DNA from: Eledone cirrhosa
Taxonomy: Eukaryota
Direction of reading: 5' to 3'
Length of the DNA stretch: 64,000 bases
Assembly: GCA_964016885.1 (NCBI GenBank)
Contig: OZ024744.1
Span: 32,302,001-32,366,000 of the forward strand
The notes under the pieces: model-generated
Databases searched by the model: none
The model's input: the letters and a program-made list of their open reading frames with translations, nothing else
Told to the model about the DNA's origin: nothing
Part shown: piece after piece, positions 1 through 12,430 of the stretch
Layout: the number at the start of each line of letters is the position of its first letter
How positions within the stretch are numbered: position 1 is the first letter of the stretch
Program-made: the position numbers and the translations under genes

Positions 1-19
1 AGGGTTAAACCTCCAGCTA

Positions 20-167
20 TTGATGGTACTCATTTTCAGCTGAGTATACTGGAGCAACGTGAAATGAAGTTTTTTGCTCAAGAAAACAACGCGCAACCCA
101 GGAATCGAGAGCACGACATTATGATTGTAAGTCCAACACCCTTACCACTAGGCCACGGGCCTCCACT
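20..167 (-). mobile_element. tRNA-derived CORE-type SINE (partial)
   Basis: Minus strand reads GTGGAGGCCCGTGGCCTAGTGGTAAGG (A-box), then CTCGATTCC (B-box-like), then a CORE-like TCTTGAGCAAAAAACTTCATTTCACGTTGCTCCAG...CTCAGCTGAAAATGAGTA; homologous to the copy at 660-907. Confidence 0.7.
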
Positions 168-280
168 ATATATATATACATAAATATGAGCAAAGATTAG
201 TATGGTTCGTTGATTACTCAATGAATACAATTTTACAATAGATTAGAAGAACTCAACAGCGAGGTTTTCCTGGAGTTTTT

Positions 281-566
281 ATTATTCAAAATATTAGCAA
301 ATGAAAAATATTCTCATAATCAAAATATATACATTATTATATATATTTCAAAGGTACTGCGTTGTTTTTTCAGTACGTCCTCATCAGACAAAATATTTTG
401 TCTGATGAGAACATACTGTGTTGATTTTTCAGTACGTACTCATCAGATATATATTGTGTCTGATGAGGACGTACTGAAAAAACAACACAGTACCTTTGAA
501 ATATATATAATAAAGTATATATTTTTTAATTATGACAATATTTTTCATTTATTAATATTTTGAATA

Positions 567-568
<2 letters not shown>
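281..568. repeat. Fold-back inverted repeat (~110-bp arms, 281-390 / 457-568) with an internal hairpin; possibly inverted Penelope-type termini or a MITE
   Basis: ATTATTCAAAATATT...CAGTACGTCCTCATCAGACA is the near-exact reverse complement of TGTCTGATGAGGACGTACTG...AATATTTTGAATAAT. Confidence 0.85.

Positions 569-658
<90 letters not shown>
569..658. repeat. (CA)n(TA)n compound microsatellite
   Basis: Direct reading. Confidence 0.95.
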
Positions 659-659
<1 letters not shown>

Positions 660-661
<2 letters not shown>

Positions 662-907
662 CTTCACCATCCAGTCTGTCGGGCGCCAATCGGCGACGCT
701 GGTGACATTACGTCGTGCTGTTTTAGCCATAAGATAACGCCATCCCACTTGCTGGGCGGGCAGGTCGGTTCTCATTTCTACAGCTGAGTAAACGGAGCAG
801 CGTGAAATAAAGTGTCTTGCTCAAGGAAACAACACATCACCCGGTCCGAGAATTGAACTCACAACCTTTCGATTGCAAGCTCTAGCTACTAAGCCATGCG
901 CCTTCAC
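660..907 (-). mobile_element. tRNA-derived CORE-type SINE
   Basis: Minus strand GTGAAGGCGCATGGCTTAGTAG...GAGTTCAATTC (A/B boxes), then TTCCTTGAGCAAGACACTTTATTTCACGCTGCTCC...CTCAGCTGTAGAAATGAG (CORE-like). Confidence 0.7.
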
Positions 908-1171
908 TATATATATATGTGAGTGTAAATATATAGATAAATTTCTATTTATTTGCCACGAGGGCACAAAAGAAGGGGACAAATACACAGTGGGGGAGTT
1001 TACATGAATCGAGTAAAGAAAAAAGGAATAACAATAATAATATAATAATAAAAAGTCCTCAAAAGGGAGGGGGCGTGTTGGGGATTGCACATACCCCCGA
1101 AAAGAGTGCAACCCTTTTCGCGGGGGAAGCCCAGAGAGGAGGCGCTCCCCCTTTCCTCTTCACTTCTTCAC

Positions 1172-4100
1172 CTACAGAACAATGTAGAGAGAAGGCCCAT
1201 TTACACGAGCCATTCTCGCTTCTTTCACCCACCTTTCATAAAACTGTCTGGGGCCAAGCACTTCTCTCTCCATCCTGATCCTTCTTCCGAAGTGGTATCG
1301 GAAGAAGTAAACCAGGTGATGGCCGGAGAGAAAGTCACCCGACCTCAGACCTTTCAGGCGCATCCACCACACAACCTCTTTCATCATGGCTATTACGCAC
1401 AGAAAGACCGCCTCTGCTTCGTTTCTGAAGGGAGGCGGCGGCTTGATGTTCACCACAGACTCGGTGGTTAATCGAATCGGCGCCACACGCGACAGCAGTC
1501 GTTCGACGTAGCCCCACAGATCGGCAACGCCCGGGCAGTGTACCAGTGCATGCGCAACGGTTTCCTCGTCGCGCACGCATCTGGGACAGATCTTTTTCGC
1601 TGGATCCCTGCCCGGGCGCCCGTGTCTGTAGAGCTTTTCTCGAACGAGCAGAGCCCCCCGGTAACACTGCCAGGCTAGCGATCTCTGGAAGTTGTCCATG
1701 GGTCCCGGGACGAAAGTTCTACCGAACAGGCTGGCCAGTTCGTCCTCCTCCATGCCTAGCGACTCTCCAAGGGTGTCGTCGCCCCTGCTAGCCACCAGCC
1801 CTCTATAGAATGTCGAGGTGGATTCTCCACTGACAGTCGGGTCCGCTTGCCAGATAGCCGTGAGCGCCTGGGCACACTCGGTGTGCCAGTTGCCCAGTTC
1901 TCGGTCTCTGCTTCACCCAGGATTGCAGCTCGGTGAGCGAGACGAGCTGTGGGAAGGCTCGCCTCACAAACGGGGCCCACACCGGCTGACCGGTGAGGAA
2001 TACCTGTAGATGCCGTAGCCTCAATGCGTGCCTACGCATCAACAGCCACGGCATACCCAGCCCTTCTTTCGAAGGGTGCTGGCAGCAGATGGATCTCCTC
2101 ACCATGGGAGGCCGCTTCTTCCAGAGGAACTGGAAGAGCATGCGTTCCATGATGGTGAGCGTTTCCTTGGGGCAAGGCACGACGGTCAGGCGGTAGTAGA
2201 TGACGGACGCTATGTAAGCGTTCGTCACCTCCGCCCGACCTTTCAGTGATAGTTTGCAATTGGCCCACTTCTGGGTCAGCGCAAACACCCTGCTCGTCAC
2301 CTCGCCCCAATTCTTCTCCACCTGGAGTTCCGGTCAGAACCAGACCCCGAGCAGCTTCAACGGGCCCTCCGTCCACCGCCCGACGACACCGTCTAACGGC
2401 ATCGGTTTGCCCGTCCACGTTCCGAGTTGCAAACCGACTGACTTGTCCCGGTTCAGCCTAGCCCCAGTCAGCCTTTCGTATTCCTCCAGTAGAGTGGCGA
2501 TCGCCCCGATTTCCGAGGCGTCCGCCACCATTACTGTTACGTCGTCGGCATAGGCCGAGACCGCTTTGTGCAATCCCGGTTCCAGGGGTATGCCCCGCAG
2601 CAACTCCAACTTCCGCAGCAGTGGCTCGAGAGTCAATACGTACAGAAGGGAGGAGAGGGGGCACCCCTGTCTGATGGACCGGGTGATTTGAAACGGCTCC
2701 GAGAGGTAGCCGTTTACTTTAATCCTAGAGTAGATGTTGCCACTGTGCATGGCAGAAATCCAGCCTCTGAAAACGGGTCCGAAGCCCGCCGCTGCTAGCA
2801 CCGCATCCAGGTAACCATGGTCGACCCTATCGAACGCCTTAGATTGATCCAAGTTGATCAGGGCCCCACCAAATCCGGGTTCGTTGCCAACCCTCTCTAT
2901 GATGTATCGCATGAGGTGGAGGTTGTCGTGAATGGACCTGGACGGGATAGCGCATGTCTGCTCGTCTCCCACCAAACCACCCACCACATGCGCCAACCTC
3001 TTCGCCAACACCTTGGCCAAAATCTGTAACTCTGCATTCAGCAGAGTTATGGGCCTAAAGTTACTTAAGTCGTCCCCCTTGCTCTCGTCCTTCCTCACTA
3101 GCGTGACCACGCCCTTGGTCACAGAACAGGGAATTCTCCCGTTCTGTTGCCAGTTGCAATAGACAGCCTCGAGGAGTTCGGAGAACAAGACCGGCATAGC
3201 TAGATAAAGTTCGTATGGTAGACCATCGAGACCCAGAGATTTGCGTCTGCTGCATTGGCTGAGCGCTTCCCCGATTTCAGTGGCCGTGATTGGCCTTTCG
3301 CAGCACTCCGCTTCGCCGCTCGAAAGACGCGGTAGACCGTCGAGGTATGGACCGAAGTCCACATCCGGGTCCGGCCCCCCGCCCCCTCCGAACAGTCGAG
3401 CAAAGTGCCTTTGAAAGGCCTCGCTCATCCACTCAGGTTCAAGGATCACCCGTCCATCCTGGTCTCGCAAAGACCGAATGGTGGATTTAATCCCACTCTT
3501 GGCTTCTGTCACGCGGGCCCAGCTAACAGCTTTGGTCCCCTCGTTTCCTAAAGCACGTATTTTACTTCGGACAACGCAGCCTTCGTGCATCGCGTCAAAG
3601 AACTGGCTCAACGCCGTTCTCGCCGCTAACACTCTGGCTACGTCTCCGCTCCTAATCGCCTCTTCTAGTTTATCTGTTACCTCCCTTTCCTTCCTATTTC
3701 TATTCGCCGCTAATTCCTTACTGTAACCTATCGAACTTACTCTAATCTCTCTCTTTAGAGATACCCACCACCTACTGTTGACGATCGCTCCCGTCAACCG
3801 CATCTTAACTAAGCTACTAATTCGGTTCCTGTAATCTTTCTTTGCCGGCAAGGACAAGTTCATCTTCCAGTAACCGGGACCCTGTCTGTGTTCTATCAAG
3901 GTTGACCACGCAGGTCACTAATTTGTGATCTGAATAGCCAACCATGATCAATTCTGGACAACTAAATACGTCCCTATCCTTACTCCTAACCAAAAACCTA
4001 TCTAGGTACGATCTAGATTGTCCACTGCGGTTTGCCCAGGTCCAGGTTGGCGCAGTTGGACAATCTAGTCGAAATCTATCGACCAGGTCGAATCGATCGA

Positions 4101-4609
4101 GTAACACCTTGGGGCTGCTACACCCCCCTCTATCGGGACATGCCCCTGCATAGTCCCAACGCGCATCTAGGATTCCATTCCAGTCCCCCACTAAAAGCAG
4201 GGAACGCGACGTTCCTAGAAAAGTCTCCAGACGCTGGAAGAAGTCGGCTCTTTCCGCCCCGAAGGGGGCATAAAGACCGACCAGTCTGAAAGCCCCGCCT
4301 TCACCGCCTTCGACGTCCAGCACCAGTAATCGACCCCCCGGGTCCGAGTGAACAATCTGTACGTCGAGAGCCAGACGTTTATCCAGCAGTACGGCAACTC
4401 CCCACCTCCCCGCCTCCGGGTTGACAGAGAGATGCGTGCATCTCAAAGTCATCGAAGGCGGGAGCCAGCTGTCGCACGCTGCTGATCCGACTCTCGCAAA
4501 CAACCATCACATCTATACTTCGTGACCTGAGGTCACTTAGAAGCTTTGCTTTCTTCCAAGCTGAGCCCAGGCCACGCGCGTTCAAACAGCCAACTCTCAA
4601 TTGATCTAT
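1172..4609 (-). pseudogene. LINE ORF2 (APE endonuclease + reverse transcriptase + C-terminal zinc finger), frameshifted, copy A
   Basis: Fragments carry LNARG, GDWN, YLDRF, GYSDH, GPGYWKMNLS, NFRPITLLN, DQSKAFDRV, QGCPLS, YADD and CPRC..ETVAHALVHC; split over at least five ORFs; the position of the start codon reads ATA, not ATG. Confidence 0.92.
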
Positions 4610-6445
4610 TTTGGTGTTGAAAGTGAAGAAAGAAAAGCACCTACCTCTCCGGGTTGTGTAATTTCTATGGCGTCAGGTGTGTTGGGTGGAGGGATGTTTT
4701 GTGGTGGTGTGGGGGTGCCCGAGTGTGGTGGGGTTGGGGTGTTTGGAGTTGTGTCAGGGAGAGGGGAGGTTATGGGGAAATCTTTCAAGAGGACGCGATT
4801 TAACGGTTTTAAACAGGGGGGGCTCACATCCTGTCTAAATTGTTCTTTTAAGGAACGATAAAGGTCCAGAGGGACCTTTATCATTTTTAAATGGGTGAAG
4901 TTCTCTGTTGAGATAAAGTTTGGCCCTTCGGTCTGCACCAAAGGGCTATTGTTTATTAATTTAAACAGTTTTTTGTTTTCTTTATTTATATATGTGTATT
5001 GCAATGTCTTTTTTTGTGATGCTGTCAATGTTTCGGAGAGGGGAGGCGCAGATTTATTTTTGTTTGTTGAGGGTGGGGTGTTTTTTTGGGGAGTTGGTGT
5101 TTGTGTGTGGGTTATTTGTGGTGTGCTGGGTGTGTGCTTTCTTTTTTTTCTTTTAACTTGTCTGAAGGCTTCTCCTCCTTCTTCTTCAGAAGTTGGGGGA
5201 AACTCTTCAGCGCTAGGTGGGAGGGACGTGGTGTCTGGTTGTTTTTTTTTTGCGGGAGGGGTAGATTTGTTGCTGTTTTTTTTTATTATTTGTTTGGAAT
5301 GCATTTTGTGGTGGTGGTGGTGCTGATTGTGTCGTGCTTGTGGTTGGTAATGGTGGTGGTGGTGTTTGTGTTGGTGATGGTGGTGGTGATTTTTGTGTCG
5401 TGCTTGTGTTTGGTGCTGGTGGTGGTGATGTTTGTGTTGTGCTTGGTGGTGTTTGTATTTTGTTTGCTGTGTGTGGTATTAGTGTATTTTTGGAGGTGGG
5501 TGGTGTTGGTGTACTGTTTGTGGTGGGTGTGGGCAATAGTCCTTTTTGGGGGATACGTTTCGGGCAGTTAGCCTTAATGTGTCCCCTTTCCGTGCATAAA
5601 TAGCATGCTGGTCTTCTCCCCTCTACAATTATATCTATTGGGGTGAGCTCATCCAGCCAGATGCGATCCGGGATTTGTGCTATTCTTTCGGGCCTCATTT
5701 GGACTAGTAGGTCGAGGCCCATTCCCAGGAACGCATCTCCGGATGCCTTCCCCATTGACAGCACTGTGTCTTCGCCCATGTCTATGAAGCCAGCAATAGC
5801 CCACCAGAAGTCCATTGTGGGCAGCATTGTTTGTATTTTTACTCTTTGTGTTCTTCTACCCATGTAGGAGGGATAGAAGCTGTATGTTGTCGATGAGAGT
5901 GGGCTTAAGGAAAGCTTCTGCGCCGTTTCCTTGTCTTTTGTTAAGACCGAAATGCTGCCATAGAGTCGGTTCTTTCGTATGAAGAGAATATTCTTCATAT
6001 AGTCTTTTAGGACCAACTCTATCTCCATTTGGCTGGGCTGTGCTGGCTTTCTTGTTTGGTTTAGGATTGTTCTGAAGAGAACTGTGTTCTCTGTTCTCGC
6101 TTTCTTGAATTCTGGGGGGGGGGGGAAGTTAATGGAAAACATTCCGTTCTCCCCAAAAACAATGTGTTTCTTTGCTTCGGCCAGTTTTTCTCTGGCGGCA
6201 GTTAAGTCTATTGGTGTATATGTTATGGACTGTTTTGTTTTCTGGGCGAAAGTTGCCTTGTTGTTATTTGTGTTCTTATTTTCTGTTTGTTTGTTTTCCG
6301 TTTGCTCATTTTCCGTAACATTTGTTTTTTCATTTTCCTTGTTTGTTTCGTTGTCTAGTTTTGTTGTATCTATTTCTTGTTGTTCTTCAGACTTGGGGGG
6401 CGTGGCAGAGCTAATGGCAGACATGTCTGCCATCTTTTCCGCCAT
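4606..6445 (-). pseudogene. LINE ORF1 (gag-like, CCHC zinc knuckle), frameshifted, copy A
   Basis: ORFs 5213..6445 (CYLCTERGHIKANC) and 4606..5304 (KRKKRKH plus conserved C-terminal block) together align with the intact ORF1 of copy D. Confidence 0.88.
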
Positions 6446-6645
6446 GCTGCCAAGAAAGAAATTTTACAGCAAAATAGATATTTATTTTACCCCCTAAAAA
6501 GGGGGTAAATGTTAAAATGTTTCCCTAAATAACAGGGGTTAGTGTTCCAAATGTGTTGCACTGAAAAATTTATCTGGTACTTACTATAGTAAGGGTAAAT
6601 CCCGATGGAATAGCGGAGCCGATGTGAAGCGTGTCTTACTCTATC

Positions 6646-6673
6646 AAGATAGATAGATAGATAGATGGATAGA
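6646..6673. repeat. (GATA)n microsatellite joining the copy B 3' end to the copy A 5' end
   Basis: AAGATAGATAGATAGATAGATGGATAGA. Confidence 0.9.
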
Positions 6674-6903
6674 TTTCTATTTATTTGCCACGAGGGTACA
6701 AAAGAAGGGGACAAATACACAGTGGGGGAGTTTACATAAATCGAGTAAAGAAAAAAGGAATAACAATAATAATCTAATAATAAAAAGTCCTCAAAAGGGA
6801 GGGGGCGTGTTGGGGATTGCACATACCCCCGAAGAGTGTGCAACCCTTTTCGCGGGGGAAGCCCAGAGAGGAGGCGCTCCCCCTTTCCTCTTCACTTCTT
6901 CAC

Positions 6904-9900
6904 CTACAGAACAATGTAGAGAGAAGGCCCATTTACACGGGCCATTCTCGCTTCTTTCACCCACCTTTCATAAAACTGTCTGGGGCCAAGCACTTCTCTC
7001 TCCATCCTGATCCTTCTTCCGAAGTGGTATCGGAAGAAGTATACCAGGTGATGGCCGGAGAGAAAGTCACCCGACCTCAGACTTTTCAGGCGCGTCCACC
7101 ACACAACCTCTTTCATCATGGCTATTACGCACAGAAAGACCGCCTCTGCTTCATTTCTGAAGGGAGGAGGCGGCTTGATGTTCACCACAGACTCGGCGGT
7201 TAATCGAATCGGTGCCACACGCGACAGCAGTCGTTCGACGTAGCCCCACAGATCGGCAACGCCCGGGCAGTGTACCAGTGCATGCGCAACGGTTTCCTCG
7301 TCGCGCACGATTCTGGGACAGATCTTTTTCGCTGGATCCCTGCCCGGGCGCCCGTGTCTGTAGAGCTTTTCTCGAACGGGCAGAGCCCCCCGGTAACACT
7401 GTCAGGCTAGGGACCTCTGAAGCTGTCCATGGGTCCCGGGCCGAAAGTTCTACCGAACAGGCTGGCCAGTTCGTCCTCCTCCATGCCTAGCGACTCTCCA
7501 AGAGTGTCGTCGCCCCTGCTAGCCACCAGCCCTCTATAGAATGTCGAGGTGGATTCTCCACTGACAGTCAGGTCCGCTTGCCAGATAGCCGTGAGCGCCT
7601 GGGCACACTCGGTGTGCCAGTTGCCCAGTTTTCTCGGTCTTTGCTTCACCCAGGATTGCAGCTCGGTGAGCGAGACGAGCTGTGGGAAGGCTCGCCTCAC
7701 AAACGGGACCCACACCGGCTGACCGGTGAGGAATATCTGTAGATGCCGTAGCCTCAATGCGTGCCTACGCATCAACAGCCACGGCATACCCAGCCCTCCT
7801 TTCGAAGGGTGCTGGCAGCAGATGGATCTCCTCACCATGGGAGGCCGCTTCTTCCAGAGGAACTGGAAGAGCATGCGTTCCATGATGGTGAGCTTTTCCT
7901 TGGGGCAAGGCACGACGGTCAGGCGGTAGTAGATGACGGACACTATGTAAGCGTTCGTCACCTCCGCCCGACCTTTCAGTGATAGTTTGCACTTGGCCCA
8001 CTTCTGGATCAGCGCAATCACCCTGCTCGTCACCTCGCCCCAATTCTTCTCCACCTGGAGGTCCGGTCCGAACCAGAACCCGAGCAGCTTCACCGGGCCC
8101 TCCGACCACCGCCCGACGACACCGTCTAACGACATCGGTTTGCCCGTCCACGTTCCGAGTTGCAAACCCGGTTCAGCCTAGCCCCCGTCAGCCTTTCGTA
8201 TTCCTCCAGTAGGGTGGTGATCGCCCCGATTTCCGAGGCGTCCGCCACCATTACTGTTACGTCGTCGGCATAGGCCGAGACCGCTTTGTGCAATCCCGGT
8301 TCCAGGGGTATGCCCCGCAGCAACTCCAACTTCCGTAGCAGTGGCTCGAGAGTCAATACGTACAGAAGGGAGGAGAGGGGGCACCCCTGTCTGATGGACC
8401 GGGTGATTTGAAACGGCTCCGAGAGGTAGCTGTTTACTTTAATCCTAGAGTAGATGTTGCCACTGTGCATGGCAGAAATCCAGCCACTGAAAACGGGTCC
8501 GAAGCCTCCCGCCGCTAGCACCGCATCCAGGTAACCATGGTCGACCCTATCGAACGCCTTAGATTGATCCAAGTTGATCAGGGCCCCACCAAAGCCGGGT
8601 TCATTGCCAACCCTTTCTATGATGTATCGCATGAGGTGGAGGTTGTCGTGAATGGACCTGGACGGGATAGCGCATGTCTGCGCGTCTCCCACCAAACCCC
8701 CCACCACAAGCGCCAACCTCTTCGCCAACACCTTGGCCAAAATCTGTAACTCTGCATTCAGCAGAGTTATGGGCCTAAAGTTACTTAAGTCGTCCCCCTT
8801 GTTCTCGTCCCTCCTCACTAGCGTGACCACGCCCTTGGTCACAGAACAGGGAATTCTCCCGTTCTGTTGCCAGTTGCAATAGACAGCCTCGAGGAGTTCG
8901 GAGAACAAGACCGGCATAGCTAGATAAAGTTCGTATGGTAGACCATCGAGACCCGGAGATTTGCGTCTGCTGCATTGGCTGAGCGCTTCCCCGATTTCAG
9001 TGGCTGTTATTGGCCTTTCGCAGCACTCCGCTTCGCCGCTCGAAAGACGCGGTAGACCGTCGAGGTATGGACCGAAGTCCACATCCCCGTCCGGCCCCCC
9101 GCCCCCTCCGAACAGTCGAGCAAAGTGCCTTTGAAAGGCCTCGCACATCCGCTCAGGTTCAAGGATCACCCGTCCATTCTGGTCTCGCAAAGACCGAATG
9201 GTGGATTTAATCCCACTCTTGGCTTCTGTCACGTGGGCCCAGCTAACAGCTTTGGTCCCCTCGTTTCCTAAAGCACGTATTTTACTTCGGACAACGCAGC
9301 CTTCGTGCTTCGCGTCAAAGAACTGGCTCAACGCCGTGCTCGCCGCTCCACTCTGGCCACGTCTCCGCTCCTAATCGCCTCTTCTAGTTTATCTGTTAAC
9401 TCCCTTTCCTTCCTATTTCTATTCGCCGCTAGTTCCTTACTGTAACCTATCGAACTTACTCTAATCTCTCTCTTTAGAGATACCCACCACCTGCTGTTGA
9501 CGATCGCTCCCGTCAACCGCATCTTAACTAAGCTACTAATCCGGTTCCTGTAATCTTTCTTTGCCGGCAAGGACAAGTTCATCTTCCAGTAACCGGGACC
9601 CTGTCTATGCGTTCTATCAAGGTTGATCACGCAGGTCACTAATTTGTGATCTGAATAGCCAACCATGATCAATTCTGGACAACTAAATACGTCCCTATCC
9701 TTACTCCTAACCAAAAACCTATCTAGGTACGATCTAGATTGTCCACTGCGGTTTGCCCAGGTCCAGGTTGGCGCAGTTGGACAATCTAGTCGAAATCTAT
9801 CGACCAGGTCGAATCGATCGAGTAACCCCTTGAGACTGCTACACCCCCTCTATCGGGACATGCCCCTGCATAGTCCCAACGCGCATCTAGGATTCCATTC

Positions 9901-10324
9901 CAGTCCCCCCACTAAAAGCAGGGAACGCGACGTTCCTAGAAAAGTCTCCAGACGCTGGAAGAAGTCGGCTCTTTCAGCCCCGAAGGGGGCATAAAGACCG
10001 ACCAGTCTGAAAGCCCCGCCTTCGACGTCCAGCACCAGTAATCGACCCCCCGGGTCCGAGTGAACAATCTGTACGTCGAGAGCCAGACGTTTATCCAGCA
10101 GTACGGCAACTCCCCCCCCCCCCCCCGCCTCCGGGTTGACAGAGAGATGCGTGCATCTCAAAGTCATCGAAGGCGGGAGCCAGCTGTCGCACGCTGCTGA
10201 TCCGACTCTCGCAAACAACCATCACATCTATACTTCGTGACCTGAGGTCACTTAGAAGCTTTGCTGGCTTCCAAGCTGAGCCCAGGCCACGCGCGTTCAA
10301 ACAGCCAACTCTCAATTGATCTAT
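6904..10324 (-). pseudogene. LINE ORF2 (APE-RT-zinc finger), frameshifted, copy B
   Basis: ORF fragments 10091..10315, 9850..10218, 9328..9714, 8126..9331 (YADD), 7407..8165 and 6904..7308. Confidence 0.92.
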
Positions 10325-12164
10325 TTTGGTGTTGAAAGTGAAGAAAGAAAAGCACCTACCTCTCCGGGTTGTGTAATTTCCATGGCGTCAGGTGTGTTGG
10401 GTGGAGGGATGTTTTGTGGTGGTGTAGGGGTACCCGAGTGTGGTGGGGTTGGGGTATTTGGAGTTGTGTCAGGGAGAGGGGAGGTTATGGGGAAATCTTT
10501 CAAGAGGAACGATTTAACGGTTTGAAACAGGGGGGGGGGGGCTTACGTCCTGTCTAAATTGTTCTTTTAAGGAATGATAAAGATCCCGAGGGACTTTTAT
10601 CATTTTTAAATGGGTGAAGTTCTCTGTTGAGATAAAGTTTGGCCCTTCGGTCTGCACCAAAGGGCTATTGATTATTAATTTAAAGAGTTTTTTGTTTTCT
10701 TTATTTATATATGTGTATTGTAACGTCTTTTTTTGTGATGCTGTCAATGTTTCGGAGAGGGGAGGCGCAAATTTAATTTTGTTTGTTGAGGGTGGGGTGT
10801 TTTTGATTGGAGTTGGTGTTTGTGTGTGGGTTATTTGTGGTGTGCTGGGTGTGTGCTTTCTTTTTTTTCTTTTAACTTGTCTGAAGGCTTCTCCTCCTTC
10901 TTCTTCAGAAGTTGGGGGAAATCTTCAGCGCTAGGTGGGAGGGACGTGGTGTCTGGTTGTTTTTTTTTTGCGGGAGGGGTAGATTTGTTGCTGTTTTTTT
11001 TGTTATTTGTTTGGAATGCGTTTTGTGGTGGTGGTGGTGATGTTTGTGTCGTGCTTGGTGATGGTGGTGGTGGTGTTTGTGTTGTGGTTGGTGATGGTGG
11101 TGGTGATTTTTGTATCGTGCTTGTGTTTGGTGCTGGTGGTGGTGATGTTTGTGTTGTGCTTGTGGTTGGTAGTGTCTGTATTTTGTTTGCTGTGTGGTAT
11201 TAGTGTATTTTTGGAGGTGGGTGGTGTTGGTGTACTGTTTGTGGTGGGTGTGGGCAATAGTCCTTTTTGGGGGATACGTTTCGGGCAGTTAGCCTTAACG
11301 TGTCCCCTTTCCGTGCATAAACAGCATGCTGGTCTTCTCCCCTCTACAATTATATCTATTTGGGTGAGCTCATCCAGCCAGATGCGATCCGGGATTTGTG
11401 CCACTCTTTCGGGCCTCATTTGGACTAGTAGGTCGAGGCCCATTCCCAGGAACGCATCTCCAGATGCCTTTCCCATTGACAGCACTGTGTCCTCGCCCAT
11501 GTCTATGAAGCCAGCAATAGCCCACCAGAAGTCCATTGTGGGCAGCATTGTTTGTACTTTGACTCTCTGTGTTCTTCTACCCATGTAGGAGGGATAGAAG
11601 CTGTATGTTGTTGATGAGAGTGGGCTTAGGGAAAGCTTCTGCGCCGTTTCCTTGTCTTTTGTTAAGACCGAAATGCTGCCATAGAGTCGGTCCTTTCTTA
11701 TGAAGAGAATATTCTTCATATAGTCTTTTAGGACCAACTCTATCTCCATTTGGCTGGGCTGTGCTGGCTTTCTCGTTTGGTTTAATATTGTTCTGAATAG
11801 AACTGTGCTCTCTGTTCTCGCTTTCTTGAATTCTGGGAGGGGGGGGGTTAATGGAAAACATTCCGTTCTCCCCCAAGACAATGTGTTTTTTTGCTTCGGC
11901 CAGTTTTTCTCTGGCGGCAGTTAAGTCTATTGGTGTATATGTTATGGACTGTTTTGTTTTCTGGGCGAAAGTTGCCTTGTTGTTATTTGTGTTCTTATTT
12001 TCTGTTTGTTTGTTTTCCGTTTGCTCATTTTCCGTAACATTTGTTTTTTCATTTTCCTTGTTTGTTTCGTTGTCTAGTTTTGTTGTATCTATTTCTTGTT
12101 GTTCTTCAGACTTGGGGGGCGTGGCAGAGCTAATGGCAGACATGTCTGCCATCTTTTCCGCCAT
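10321..12164 (-). pseudogene. LINE ORF1, frameshifted, copy B
   Basis: MAEKMADMSAISS start identical to copy A; CCLCTERGHVKANC knuckle; several frameshifts at homopolymer runs. Confidence 0.88.
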
Positions 12165-12430
12165 GCTGCCAAGAAAGAGATTTTACAGCAAAATAGATAT
12201 TTATTTTACCCCCTAAAAAGGGGGTAAATGTAAAAATGTTTCCCTAAATAACAGGGGTAAGTGTTTCAAATATGTTGCACTGAAAAAATTCTCTGGTACT
12301 TACTACAGTAAGGGTAAATTCCGATGGAATAGCGGAGCCGATGTGAAGCGTGTCTTACTCTATCAAGATAGGTAGATAGATAGATATTCACACTCACATA
12401 TATATATATATATGTGTGTGTGTGTATATA

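Larger units (their letters stand above)
942..6645 (-). mobile_element. L1/Tx1-clade non-LTR retrotransposon, copy A (near full length, degenerate)
   Basis: 5' UTR, ORF1 with CCHC knuckle, ORF2 APE-RT-zinc finger, 3' UTR with AATAAA; ends adjoin (GATA)n-like repeats. Confidence 0.93.
6672..12365 (-). mobile_element. L1/Tx1-clade LINE, copy B (near-identical to copy A, head-to-tail)
   Basis: Collinear with 942-6645 over the whole length, including UTRs, with scattered substitutions and small indels. Confidence 0.93.
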
